From Octopus sinensis (lineage: Eukaryota), in the NCBI RefSeq assembly GCF_006345805.1, contig NC_043016.1, positions 28,148,001 through 28,212,000 of the forward strand: a stretch of DNA of 64,000 bases, given 5' to 3'. Positions 1 to 12,619 of the stretch are shown here, in pieces. A program made the position numbers and the translations under genes. Numbering within the stretch: the first letter of the stretch is position 1; each line of letters opens with the position of its first letter. A model generated the notes under the pieces. That model was given only the letters and a program-made list of their open reading frames with translations, was not told the origin of the DNA and searched no databases.

Positions 1-140
1 GTTGACAGTTAAGTGTGTTGGTCATGGGCAGAGTACAGTAAACTATACCGCACTGTGGTACCTACTTACAGCTAGGTAGATTGGACTGTTGACAGTTAAG
101 TGTGTTGGTCATGGACAGAGTACAATAAACTATACCACAA
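1..140. repeat. End of a tandem duplication/minisatellite, period 87 bp
   Basis: gttgacagttaagtgtgttggtcatgg(g/a)cagagtaca(g/a)taaactatacc(g/a)ca occurs at 1 and at 88 with 3 mismatches; truncated by the window edge. Confidence 0.8.
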
Positions 141-1669
141 CTAAGTGAAATATTAAACAGCCTCAAATAGAGATAGCTGAAAATAGAAATTGTGATATCT
201 GTCATTCAACCCCAAGTGAAAAGTGAATATAAAGAATCATGCTTTTTGCCAACTACATATTTCAATGGTTTCTGAAAATAAATAATAATGAGAAAACATA
301 CAAAATTGCATTCCCTGCTTTATAAATTTTCAATAATTAATTATTTTATCCAATTATTTATCTGTTGTAATTTCAGGGTTTTCCCCTCGCAACAAACAAC
401 AAAATTGAAATAACTTCATCTCCTAACCCCTATGTTCTACTATCCCCATCTGGGACAGGTTAAAAGTTAATTACTTGCTTATGCTTGTATAGTTAATATG
501 TCTTTGTTGAAGGGTATCTTATGTCAAGATTGAAGACATCCTCTACTAAACTGGGACTAGCTTTCTGTTTTTCTCAATCCATCTAGGATTGCAAGGACCT
601 TGCTCAGATCATCATTGGTTTGCAAGATGTTAATTTTAATGTTTGCATGAAAATCACTTTTTTGATATGCTAGCACAAGGCATCACTCATCTCCACACAT
701 CCCTGCTCTTGTGATAGAACATGTAGACTTGTACGAGATCAAAACTGATATCATCAGTGCAGAACTCATTAGAATACAGCTTACAAACAAACTGCATCAC
801 AACCTCTTTCAGTTGTGCTGGTAAATGATACAAGGGGATAGTAGAACTTTATTCTCATCTCAAAACAGAATTACTTTCCTTTAAACTTGAAAAATGATAT
901 ACTATCTGACCAGGATAGCCATTGCTTTGTATTCTGTGTTTCCTAAGCATAAAGTAATGAGGTGAGAGAAAGCATTTTGGTTTCTTTTCTAATTTCAAAT
1001 GAAATTCATTTTCATTTAATGCATTAAATCTTTGTCTTCTTCAAATTTCAACTGTTTGGAGTTTTTAATGATTTAAGGTGTGGTCTTTGTAATTCATGCA
1101 TTTGATATCATATAAACTTTGATATATTTGATTTCCTTGTTTGTTTATTCTCAAGTATATTTTAGTTATCTCTAAACTGACATTCAAAATTTTATACCGC
1201 TATCATAAACACAGTACTTTACAGGGATAAAATAATTGTACATAGATTTGCAGATCTTTTTTTAAGAGCACATAGTACCAAATATTTTCAGAATGGACCA
1301 TCAAATAAAATATCAAAACTATTTGAGGATTGATAATTTCCTTAAAAGCACAGATTCATGGAACTTTAGATTTCATATACCTCCTATTGAGCTGAAGTTG
1401 TAATTTAGGTTCCTATCTTTAATGTCAAAATGTAAACTCTTGTATCAATTTGAACTGTTTCACGTATTGTACTGTATCACATGTCAAATAATTTTATCTG
1501 GTTAACATTTGTCATGTCTATACATGTGACTGTTGATTAGTAATAGCTCAACATTAGCTACTGTAGAATGATTAACTAATCTAAAACCTGTAATTCTGTC
1601 CTTGCTTGTTGAAAATATTGTGGTATAACTTTAATATTATTCTACAGCACAATTTAAGTATCTTTCCTT

Positions 1670-2046
1670 TTTTTTCTGTTTCAGCCATTAAACTACGGTC
1701 ATGGTGGGGCACCACCTTGCAGAATTTTTAGTCGAATGAATCAACCCCAGTACTATTTCTTAAGGCCTGGCACCTTTCCTATCAGTCTCTTTTACTGACA
1801 GAATAAGTACCAGACATAAATAAACCAACACCAGCTGTCAAGTGGTGGTGGTGGTGGTGGTGGTGAACAAACACACACACATACAATGGGCTTCTTTCAG
1901 TTTCTGTCTACCAAATCCATTCATAAGGCTTTGGTTGATCCAGGGCTATAATAGAAGACATTTGCCCAAGCTGTCACTCAGTGGGACTAAACCCTAAATT
2001 ATATGGTTGGGATGAAAACTTCTTACCACACAGCCATACCCATGCT
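1670..2046 (-). mobile_element. tRNA-derived CORE-type SINE, diverged copy
   Basis: Matches the other SINE copies (12911, 22800, 39052): ...cccaggg ctataatagaagacatttgcccaag... and the tail ttcagccattaaactacggtcatgg. Confidence 0.8.
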
Positions 2047-2719
2047 AAGTATTTAAATATCCATTAAATATATTTTCATATAATGACTGTTCAGCAAGCA
2101 TGCTATGTGGGATCTCAAACAACAATAATAACTCACACACAAACTTAGAAGCTCAATGCCAAATTTATTTTCTGTTACATCAATTCTGTCTTTCCATTGC
2201 ATGACCCTCAGAAATGTTGCATTCAGCTGGTACACTGGGATACTGCGGAAAGGATTATTTCTGTAATACCCCTTTTTATGATCTATAAACCTATAGAAAC
2301 TGGGAAGGAGAGAGAGTAATGTGACGAGAGGAGGACAAGGCAGTAAGGACGAAATGAGGGGGGTCTAGTGATGAGGTGGGTTAAATAGGGGGGACCTAGT
2401 GCTCTCCTGTTCATATATATATTTCATCAGTATCAAAATCAGTTCATATTGTTGAAGTTACAGAGGTTCATAGCCGAAAAAAGGCAGTAGGAGACAGACT
2501 AATAGAGACAGTGCAAGGAAAGGGAGTAATAGGAGAGGAAGTGAAAAAATAGCATCCAGAATTTAGTGACTCAGAGAGTAAAAAGAGACAGAGGAGTGAG
2601 TTGTGCAGGAAGAGGTGCAGTCCTACCCCATATTATACTTTGGTAGGGAGAATGGTACTTGAAGGAGAGATGTTGATGAAGAGCCTAAGCATGTCAAGGT
2701 AACATGTCCATATATATTC

Positions 2720-3065
2720 TTTTATTTGTTTCAGTCATTTGACTGCGACCATGCTGGAGCACCACCTTTAGTTGAATAAATCAACCCCAGGACTTATTCT
2801 ATCAGTCTCTTTTGTCAAACTGCTAAGTTACAGGGACATAAATACACCAACATCGGTTGTCAAGCGATGGTGGGGGATAAACAAACACACACATATATAT
2901 ACAATACACACAATAGCTTTCTTTCAGTTTCCATCTACCAAATCAACTCACAAGGCTTTGATTGGCCCGAGGCTACAGTAGAAGACACTAACTCTAGGTG
3001 TCATGCAGTAGGACTGAACCCAGAACAATGTGGTTGGTAAGCAAACTACTTACTACACACCATAC
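2720..3065 (-). mobile_element. tRNA-derived CORE-type SINE
   Basis: tttcagtcatttgactgcgaccatgctggagcacc ... ggactgaacccagaacaatgtggttgg; same family as 12911-13275. Confidence 0.85.
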
Positions 3066-5267
3066 GTGAGTATACAGAGGTATATTTCAGTGTATCCAGT
3101 TGGGATTAAGTGTATGTAAGTTAATTTAGCCAAATGGAGCCCAATAGTTTCTACCTAACAACTGAACTCAATATCCATGGAACTCTTTACAGGCAAGTGA
3201 ACTTGGGTCATTCAGAGATTAAGTGTTTGATAATATATGAACTGTGAAATTTTCAGTCACTAATTTAGTTCACTGTTACTCGAAAGTTATGAAAGATGAC
3301 CATGGCCATAACAGAAGACAAAGGAAGGTGAGGCAGCTGTGTGTGTGTGTTACAGGTGAAAGATAAGACCAAAGCATACTTTGTATGGCAACACACTACG
3401 ATAGAAAAACAAATGCTAAAACCTGGTGATATGATTTAGAAGATCAAAACAAGATTTAAACGCGGAAAATATAGGCTGATATTTTAAAATCTTGATAGCT
3501 AAGGACCAAAGAAATCGCTAAAGGATTAGTATAAAAAGCAATTTAGAAAATTCAAATTCGATCCAATAGGGAATCCGGTGATCCTTCATACTACAACAGT
3601 AAACAATAACAAGAGTTTCACCTCTAACTTTTTATTATATCAGTTACTACTCTGTGTTAGGTGACTCAGCAAATTCCAATATTTACACTGATATTACTAA
3701 CTTGTTTACGCCTAGATGACCCAATAGGTGAGGAAAAAAAAAAAAAACTCACACGAGATAGGAGTGTTTTCTTAAGTTGAGTAATGATGATATTAAACTA
3801 TCAATTATGAGTCAAGAATTCAAAGTCTGAACCCCTCTTTTATAAACACTGCGTAAAGGCCCTAATATAATGCCGCAAAGGTCCTTCTACTAATTGAAAA
3901 CACCACAATACTTATTTCAGTCTATGACCTTTAAATTAGTAGTTGGGCACCTTTCTATTAGCCTGTATAAAGTTGAAACTGGTTGTTATTTCTCTTATCA
4001 AAAAAAGGAGTGTATGTGTACAATAGCTAGAGCGTTGGCGGTGGTTGAGTAAATAGAGAACAGTAATTTAAATACTGCATTACTATTTAAAATGCGATCT
4101 TTTTTGCATTCAAAACACGTCAGGGACGAGTTTGCTTTTCATCCCTCTGGGGTCGATAAAATTAATTTCAGTAGTAAACCGCTTTTCATTCAATCGATTA
4201 CGGTAATTCTCCTTATGAAACTGGCCTTCTGCTAAATCGAGAGATACGAAGTTACACCGCCACCAACATCACAACGTATTTTGTTCATCAGCACCAACTT
4301 AAACAAAGACTGACATTTGTAAAAATACTAAGTTACTTTGTCTATTGTTTTCTGAAGGTTTTACTAATAAAACGCCTGCACGTGACATTTAAAGTGTGCC
4401 TAGGCTTATTGTTTTTCATTATAAAAACATTAATCTATTATAATTATTCACACTAATACTGCCACGACCTGATTTTAGACATTTCCTCTTGATATAAACT
4501 GCAACTGGAGACGCTAATGTTCTTTGGGCAAGCATGGACGTCACAACATCCTGATTACAGATTTTTATCAATCCTACTCTTAATGTTGAACTAAGAAGAC
4601 ATCGTTAAAATATAGAATTGGTAAATCAGACGCCTTCATCATCCTAGTGGTTCTGTGTTTGTGTTGAATGGTTCCAGTTGCCAGGATTCCGAACAGCATC
4701 AGAAGGCTGAACTGGACGATTCTACTTTTCGGATACCCAAACATAACTGACACAAAATTATTTCTAATTTTTGCTTTCTTTTTCTTCCTTTCTTTAAACT
4801 TAATACTAAATGTCACGTCGACTATTCTGTTTTATTCATTTATTTATTTATCTATCACTGTGGAAATATTCTTATCAAAAACTGAATTCAAAAAGGAATT
4901 CGATACGGAAATTGTTTTATCGACAAATAACAAAATTAAAGAAAATATTTCGATACCCAACCCTAACATATTTCTGAACTTATCAAGAAAGAGCATACAT
5001 TGATAATGTTTTTTTTCTAATGATATGACGCTTGTGATGCGACTTTTTACGGTAAAAAGCAAAAGAATAAGAAACAATTGACAATCGAATGTTCACTGTC
5101 TACCAACAGGTGACAATGTAATAACAAAAAAAAAATTAATAAATCTTATATTAAACAAATGTGTTTTGTTTTTGGAGACGATCATTTTAGCAATGTTAAA
5201 TAGGAAAAGAAACAAACGTTACGGCCCAACTACCAAAATAAGTAATTGATATAAATAGAATCGCATC

Positions 5268-5318
<51 letters not shown>

Positions 5319-5516
5319 TATATATAGCTTGTATCTATTTAAGGAAATGTGATGTGTAAATAAATAAATACAAAGTAGATATTGCGTTTTCGCTTTCTTT
5401 TATAAAACGAAAGTCAGGTTTTGACAGAAGAAAAAAAAAAAGAAAGAACTAAAATAAATGTAATTTAAAAAAAAAATTACTTTTAGGATTGAAATACACA
5501 TATGAGAAATACTTAC

Positions 5517-5631
5517 AAATACACATCTGAACAACGTAAGCGTAATAGGACCAAACGACAACGGCCGCTATGAAGACTACGGGCAGCCATCGGAGCACTT
5601 GACAACACTGTCTTATAAAGGAAGGCGCCAT
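5517..5631 (-). CDS. ZDHHC2/15/20-like: Coding exon 1 of a DHHC palmitoyltransferase, ZDHHC2/15/20 subfamily (gene continues left, later exons not identified in the window)
   Basis: [38 protein letters not shown] resembles the WxPVxFI...WSYYAY...LCI TM1 of ZDHHC2/15/20. Good start context (aacATGG). Phase-1 GTAAGT donor at 5516, matching my recollection of the vertebrate exon-1 boundary. Confidence 0.9.
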
Positions 5632-5880
5632 GTTGGAAACTAGCAATAACTAAGGCAGGTAACTCTTATAGAATTGTCTGATAAGAAACCGTCAGTGCGC
5701 ATGTTTACGTTAGACAGCAACCTGCTAAAGCGTGTCATAAATCATCTGATCGCCATGGCGGCGGCGGCGGTTTTGCCTGTATTTGTTTATATTTTACTAT
5801 TTTTCTCCCGCCCCCGCTTCAGAAAGCTTTAACAACAATATTATTGTCTTGGCGGCGGTGACGGTAGCGGTGATGTTTTG
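5623..5880 (-). promoter_or_regulatory. GC-rich promoter/5'UTR region of the ZDHHC gene, with a YY1-like motif over the start codon
   Basis: AACATGGCG (YY1 consensus AANATGGCG) overlaps the ATG. Palindrome cgccatggcg, (GGC)n runs and an Sp1-like cccgccccc at 5750-5870, in an otherwise AT-rich background. Confidence 0.5.
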
Positions 5881-5965
5881 TGTTGTTAAAAAAACAATTT
5901 TTTTTTTCTTTCTTTCTTGATGTAATCTAATAATTTCTTTTCTTGCCACAAGATCGATAAAAGGT

Positions 5966-6152
5966 AGATATTACGAATAAAAAAATTAGGGGACTTTATT
6001 ATTCTACATCAAGTGGAAAACATAAGTGAAATTCATGGATTTGGATTAATTCTTATGACAAGCCAATAAGAAAAATCTGACGTTTCGGGACTGACCTCTT
6101 CGTCTCAGACGGGAAAAGTCTTTCAATTGACAGTTAATATGTTAGTCTCCTC
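5966..6152 (-). mobile_element. 187-bp small repeat, copy 1, with a degenerate hammerhead-like motif
   Basis: About 98% identical (4 differences) to 7540-7725 with the same ends. Minus strand reads TCTGAGACGAAGAGGTCAGTCCCGAAACGTCAGA. Confidence 0.75.
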
Positions 6153-6589
6153 TCTGATATACAAACTTTTTCAAATTCATGAATTTCATTGTTTAATTTT
6201 CATTGAAAACGTACATCCACCAGTTACTCCAGTATCTTTTATTTATTTACTTATAAGCAAATGAAAGAATGAAAATGCTTATATAGCTGTGCTTTTGTGT
6301 GTTGTGTTCTTGAGCCAAACATTTTATTTCACGTTGCTCCAGTTTACTCAGCTGTAGAAATGAGATGTGACGTTACTGGTGCCAAGCTGCATCGGCCTTT
6401 GCCGTTCCCTTGGATAACATCGGTTGTGTTGAGAGGGGGCTAGTATGCATGGGCGACTGCTGGTCTTCCTTAAACAACAACCTTTCCCGAACTTGTGCCT
6501 CGGAGTCACGACCGAGGTGGGGCGGGGTCTTTACTTTTACCACTCTTTGTAAAGAAAGACTGCTGTCTAGAACCCGTGATACGAGGAAC

Positions 6590-9050
6590 TGTAATACGAG
6601 AAACAAAGTGCGATTCACCTATCTCTCAGTGTCCAGCTGGGTTAAATCTGTGACACGCCCTACATGTCTGGCTTATCGCTAGAACCTACGGCTAATTCCC
6701 TTTCTAGCTCGCATGCTTATACACGTCCGTCCACTCCTGTTGCCCAAGGCCAAAGAAGCCTATGCTGGTCCTACTTCCGCCCACTTCCTCACTCACTCTG
6801 GCCCCTCAACCATTGACGTCACTGACCCTTTCCTTCTAGTTCACCTCATCCCCACACGCCTCCATTGATTTCAAAGAGCACCTCCTCTTTTCACTCCATG
6901 CTGAAATCTGCTATCCACCTGGGCGGACGTCTCGTTCGGTGTGATCTCCGCAGGGATAGAGCGCTGCTCGCTTCCTCTTCACCACCTTCGTCGTCCGACG
7001 AAGCGACAACTCTGCGAACATGCAAGACTTGACGCAGCATTCCATCCACAGAGCCAAGCTGAGGTGTGCAGCGTGCCTTTGGGGTTTGACCCAGACTTCA
7101 TTTACTACCTGCACGAAAGTAGGCTCTCGCTTCCAAAATGTGTTGTGATGCTGTACACGGATGTCGCCATTCATACCTGAATATTGCTGTGTGACATGGA
7201 TTCCTCGGCCTGTCCTGGTCGGGGTGATATATTATATATTGTACCAAAATAACGCTTCCAGTAGTGAGATGCATCCTTTCTCTACCATGGTGTTGATCGT
7301 GCGATGGTGTCTTTGCACGATCCCATTTCCTCTCGGCCTGTATGCCGCTCCGAAAAAGTTGTGCACATTCCACTTATCGAGCATCTCCGAACGAAACACA
7401 GTGCCGTTGTCCATCAGCAATTCGTCCACAGGGCCCCGCTCCAGAAATATCTCCTTTGGGATACATGTAACCTCATCTGCAGTGCCCGTCTTCATTTCCC
7501 TCCATATCGCCATTCCATCCGGTCCACAGTCAAGCATTGAGATATTACGAATAAAAAAATTAGGGGGCTTTATTATTCTACATCAAGTGGAAAACAAAAG
7601 TGAAATTCATGGATTTGGATTAATTCTTATGACAAACCAATAAGAAAAATCTGACGTTTCGGGACGACCTCTTCGTCTCAGACGGGAAAAGTCTTTCAAT
7701 TGACAGTTAATATGTTAGTCTCCTCCGCCAATCGTCTCCAGTTGTGCTCTACTGAGATGTTTCTAGGCTCCCGACCACCTTTTGAATGTTCTGATAAGTA
7801 ACGTTCGGATTCAACCTTCCTGGCAAAATATAGGGTTCTATCCACGCTCATATGATGCATGGCATGCAGTCCTTAGTTCCGAGTCGCCTAGCCGACACAC
7901 TTTAGCTATGCCCCGCTCCAAATCTTCCGGCACCGCCAACCAGGTCTTTTTCACCTTGGTTAGAATGTCTGCCTTTTTCCCTTCTAAAGGCACAACGACC
8001 ACGCTCTGCATCAAACTAAATTCGGCAGCTAGCTCTCTCAGAATTCCTAGCCGGTGATTTAATGACATCTCTGCAGCCTCTTTGGTTTGAACCCGCCTTT
8101 CATCGGTGATCACTGATCCCACCTATCTAAGCACACTGGCAGAATCAGTTCTGAATTCGATAGAGCACAGCCCCCATCTTAGGGCCAGATTCATCCCCTT
8201 CAGCACTGAGTCCAACTCAGCCACGTTGGTTACCGAGCCAGGCTGCGTCCTCCACTTTGGTACCCCCGATTTCCAGGAAAGCCCTATTGCTATGCTGCTC
8301 GCATCGCGCCATATGGTCCCGTTCTCCAATTTGGGCTCATGCCAGCTTCCTCTTATTGAGTCTTCTGCTCTTACCCTCTCTAGAATCTCTTATCCTCTCT
8401 TGCCCTCTCTCCCACTTTGTCTCCCTAGCTTGTCTCTTAACGAAACTGCATGTTGATCAAAGTCACCCCGCAATTGGGTAGTGACCCATTAGTCTCCTAT
8501 ACATCGAGAATAGTTCTCTGTTGATGCCAGTACCCAGTTCCGGAATCTCTTTTCCTCTCCGAAACATCAACATATCTGTTTTGTCTCTTTGAAGCTTGAC
8601 TCCCCAGTGCAGCTCCAATAATTTCTCAGTCAGTCCGAACTTCTTTAGGTGACCTATGATTTCTGCGGCAGGCACTACAGTCTCGTCTACCAGGATGTCG
8701 TCTATATAGGAATTGGTGGGCTTTTTTTATCTTGTCCACCTCTCCCAGGATAGTTTTGAGCATTGTTGCCACGATCTTTGGTGCAGAATTTAGTCCGAAA
8801 CCCAACCTATTCAAACAGTATGTCTGGCCCTTATATCTCACCAGCTAATACTTCCTAAGAGGTTGATCATATCCATGCCAATTACCACATTAACTCCATC
8901 TACCAAATGGTCGATCACAATCACCCGCAGTCTCAGTGTTGTGTGCGCACTGCCATCTCCACTTTGCTGCTACCCTTGCATCCAATTTCACTGCTGCCGA
9001 CCGCCCTAACACTACTCTTCCCATTCCACTTTTTTGTCACCGCTGGGGTC
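6590..9050 (-). mobile_element. Degenerate, 5'-truncated Ty3/Gypsy-type LTR retrotransposon (RT-RNaseH-integrase) with 3' LTR at about 6590-6855
   Basis: RT (RYKGQTYCLNRLGFGLNSAP; YIDD-like at about 8700), RNase H (DASSIAIG; NVAELDSVLKG; TDSASV) and integrase (LDCGP; LMDNGTVF; YRPRGNGIVQRHHRTI) in Gypsy order, with many stops and frameshifts. LTR has TG...CA termini on the minus strand. Confidence 0.85.
7540..7725 (-). mobile_element. 186-bp small repeat, copy 2, inserted in the Gypsy integrase
   Basis: Near-identical to 5966-6152. Interrupts the integrase between ...NWRRLA and MLDCGP; no TSD seen. Confidence 0.8.
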
Positions 9051-9962
9051 ACGAGAAACGTTAGTAGCTATTAAAGTTTGAAAATTTTGGGTAATTTTAG
9101 CCATTCGTAAGCCACAGACACATTCATGCTTGTTCCCATAGTAACAAGCCGAACATGAGAATGTTTTTGTCTGCGAGAAAGCACATGTTGGCTAATATGT
9201 TCCAGTCATTGTGATGGTTGTCATATGTGCTAAAAATAGTAGCCATGTAAGCCTAAAATCATGCACCAGAGGAGAATGCGGTTTCGTACTTGAAAGAAAA
9301 GAGTGTTATACCAAAAAGAAAATTATGCAAAACAAAGAAGCATCTTTTCTCTACCATGCGTGATGGGAATATGTATCGGCGATGCACGCGTCGAGGATGC
9401 ATGGAGTCTGTCAATGGGGAAAGAGACATGGTTTGAAGGTGGTACCCTTCCCCTTAGAACAGTAGTGTTTCTCCTTTACTCATGAGTTGAGGTTTTGTGT
9501 TGAAGGACTGGAGATGAGCTATTGCACAGCTGTTGATTATAACAGTATGCGCTGAATTACTGGAGTTATTCCACTTTTTCTAGAAAAATATTTTTCAAAA
9601 ATTATAGAGGTTTAAAGTTTGATCATTTTCATCCAGTCAGGAAACAGGATTTAGAAGCTGTCATTTTATGCGTGACTGCACGTGTTGTCAACATTCTGAA
9701 AATAATACATGTTTTTAAATGAAACTAAACAAATCAAATTCTACTTAACGTATGACATGTAACCCCTCATAACTTTTCTAAAATTTTCAGAAAATTTCAG
9801 AAAATTTCAGAAAAGTTTTACGAATTTGTACTCTACACACTGGAATTCATACGATTAAGCAAAAAAAAAAAAAATGGATGGCGGGGGAGTAACTTAAGGC
9901 CTATTTAGCTGTTAATTTTAATACACCTCACGACCAGGGTACAAGCAACAGATGGGCACAAG

Positions 9963-10040
9963 CAGTGGCGGTTCGTAGATAAAATTAGTTGGGGTACTGC
10001 TTCAGAAAATTTTTAGCCGTTGTTTTGATATTGTGTAGTG
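9963..10040 (+). mobile_element. hAT-like MITE left-end fragment
   Basis: cagtggcggttcgtagataaaattag matches the left end of the 25476-26149 element. Confidence 0.6.
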
Positions 10041-10370
10041 ACTAACTGATTTTTGTTTGGGGTTCTTGCTTTTATAACTATCCAGAAGGATAGACATATC
10101 GTTGAGAGCAATAGATTTAGTTGGTGGTCTTGTTATCTTCTAGCTTTTGCTGAAATAGAAGAAGTTAGAAAGGGTCAAGTGGTGAAGACATTATTTCGGC
10201 CTAGCAATCTGGAAAATGTAAAACTGCTGTCACAGAAAAAAACTATTGTTCCACCGTGAGAAGAGGTCTGTTGCAGTGTTAATTTAAATTTGGATATGGT
10301 GGATCGAATCTACTTCATGCCTACAAGATGCACTACACACACACACACATATACAAGTGCCGAAATAGCT

Positions 10371-10674
10371 TGTAATACAGGGAACTGTAATACGAGGAAC
10401 AAAGTGCGACCCACCTACCTCTCAGTGTCGACTTTCCAGCTGGGTTAAATCTGAGACGCACTACTCGTCTGACATATCGCTAGAATCTTCGGCTAATTCC
10501 CTTTCTAGCTCGCACGTCTACTCGCATCAGTCCACTCACGCTGTCCGAGGCCAAAGAGGCCTGCACTGGTCCTACTTCCGCCCACTTCCTCACTCGCCCT
10601 TCCTCTTCCAGTAGGGCCCCTAAACCATTGATGTCACTGACTCTTTTTTACTTTCGGTTCACTTCATCCCCACA
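10371..10674 (-). mobile_element. Solo LTR related to the 6590-6855 LTR
   Basis: Roughly 80% similar by eye to 6576-6855 (tgtaatacgag ... catccccaca). No PBS or internal sequence adjacent. Confidence 0.7.
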
Positions 10675-11130
10675 GAACTAATCAGAAAAACTTCACATGA
10701 ATCCTGGATTGTCCTGACATTGTCCAAAAATTCTGCCACAACTGGCAAAAGCAGTCCATTTATCTAGACGGCATACCTACAGATTTTGTTTCCAGATCAC
10801 TTTCAGAAAAATGGGTACTTTTTTAATGAAATTATCTAAAAAATACCTTTCAGATGGATTAGATTACGATCATATCGAAATTCACTCATACATTGGTTTC
10901 AAATCATGTTATAAGGCAAGCAACTCCAGGAGATGGGGAAGTCAATTTCATTGATTCCAGTCCTCAACTGGTACTTATTTTATCGAATCCGAATGGATGA
11001 AAAACAAAGTCAACTTCGGCAGAATTTGACCTCTAAACGTAAACGGAATTCACACATAAAAGATATTCACATCGGCAAGAAAATTACCAACAAACACTGC
11101 GTGATCAAAAATAGCATGTAGTATTTATAC

Positions 11131-11885
11131 TGTAGCGAACTTTAGTGAACTTCCTCTCTCTCTCCATTATATATACATACATTCGAACGTCGCAAGTAAC
11201 AGCGAACCTTTGAACACTATTTGGATCCCATTATGTCCATCACTCTGATTGGTTGGTATTGGCGCAATTTGTCTCTTATTCTATCGCGCCAATATGCAAC
11301 CCAACCAATCAAAGTCCCTAAATAAGATCACATGAGACAGTCTGTTCTAAACTCCAATTTTAGACTTATAAAAACTTAACTTCTCCGCATCTCGGAATCT
11401 TTTGATTCCAAACCTTCTAAGGTCTAACCAGTGACCACACGACACAGCCAGACAACACCTGTCCAACAGCATCACAGCGACCTCCATCTTCGTCGCCACC
11501 ATCATGTCTCTCACAAACGTCGTCAACAACGTCTCTACATACACAGCACCAGCAACACTGCACAGGTTCTAACATAGTGCTGTTCGTAAGCTACCTCACA
11601 CCATGGTTAACAGCAAACATACAACCCACACAGATGCATGTAAATATATCAATAAATCTTTCATAAGCCTTCTACTCTGTTGTGTCTCTTCTCTTTTCCA
11701 ACTGGAACATTATATGTATTATTTCAACCTTTTGATATGAGTCGTTAATAGATGGTCGCACTACACACATCACCTCGACCAGCTATTATGCCATTTGTGT
11801 TGCATAAGTATTCTTTTGTCTTTATTATCATCAGCAACACAACTTGTGGCAATGTTTCGTTTGTCGTAGTTCGCCCAACTTGCTA
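11131..11885 (+). mobile_element. LTR-like repeat, family A copy 1
   Basis: Starts tgtagcg. Shares the CCAAT-hairpin/TATA core and downstream blocks with 28319-29373 and 30100-33040. Right end approximate. Confidence 0.6.
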
Positions 11886-12619
11886 CTGCTCAGTGGAAAT
11901 CAATGCTTATGGTTCACAAAATACTTCATAATGAAAAAATACCACCTAAAATGTTGACTGCAGAAGTTGAGCTCTGTCCGCAGTCATCACTATTTTTCTT
12001 CATACAACTGCCTACTTTTCCTTGCCAAAAGGTGCTATGGTGATGTTCATGAAGGGCTTGGATTCGTCCTGCTGTTACCCTACTTAACTTTGCAAGTGAG
12101 CAATGTTCAGTCACTGAGCGAGTGTAGGAAGAATCTGAAAGACACCTCCGCCTCAGAACTGTTCAACGTAATCCTCAACGTAGTCCAAAAGCACCAACCG
12201 GAATATCATCGTTCTCGCTCACTTTTAACCCTCTATAGACTTCGAGGGTTAATATTCCACAGACCGCAGGAAGCAGAGTTGTATGTGGTATTGATGAATA
12301 AGTCTGCTGGCCGTTTCCGGTGCAACAAAAACCCTAACCACCGGGTGTGCATATTCATTACCTTTACCAGTCTGCTTATCGGACGAATATGTGGTGGTGG
12401 TGACATGTTATTGTTAATGTTCTTGTCGTCGTGGTAGATGTTGTATTGCTGATTTGGTACTGTCATCTTGTCGTCGTCATTGTTTATCCTCAGATCAGCA
12501 GTTTTCAAGCAAAATCCTGATCAAAAGGTTTTCCAAATTATGACCGTTCCTTGTTTCGGGAGTTATCTGCACTACATTACGTAATGCGTTCTGCCATTAT
12601 CTAAGGTAGTCATTAGCAA

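Noticed and set aside
1-140. Repeat-spacer-repeat pattern resembling CRISPR
   Set aside because: Only two 52-bp imperfect copies in a eukaryotic intron, with no cas genes; simple tandem duplication
785-817. 33-nt phase-compatible candidate for ZDHHC exon 2 on the minus strand (cag|...|gtaagc)
   Set aside because: Encodes SQLKEVVMQFV, which does not resemble the expected short exon-2 peptide followed by TM2; likely chance
4668-5003. 111-aa hydrophobic ORF in the ZDHHC intron
   Set aside because: AT-rich low-complexity sequence, no splice support or recognisable motif
10371-10674. Possible 5' LTR of the 6590-9050 Gypsy, with GAAC as TSD
   Set aside because: No PBS, only about 80% identity, non-retroviral sequence in between, and the GAAC belongs to a terminal 15-bp duplication
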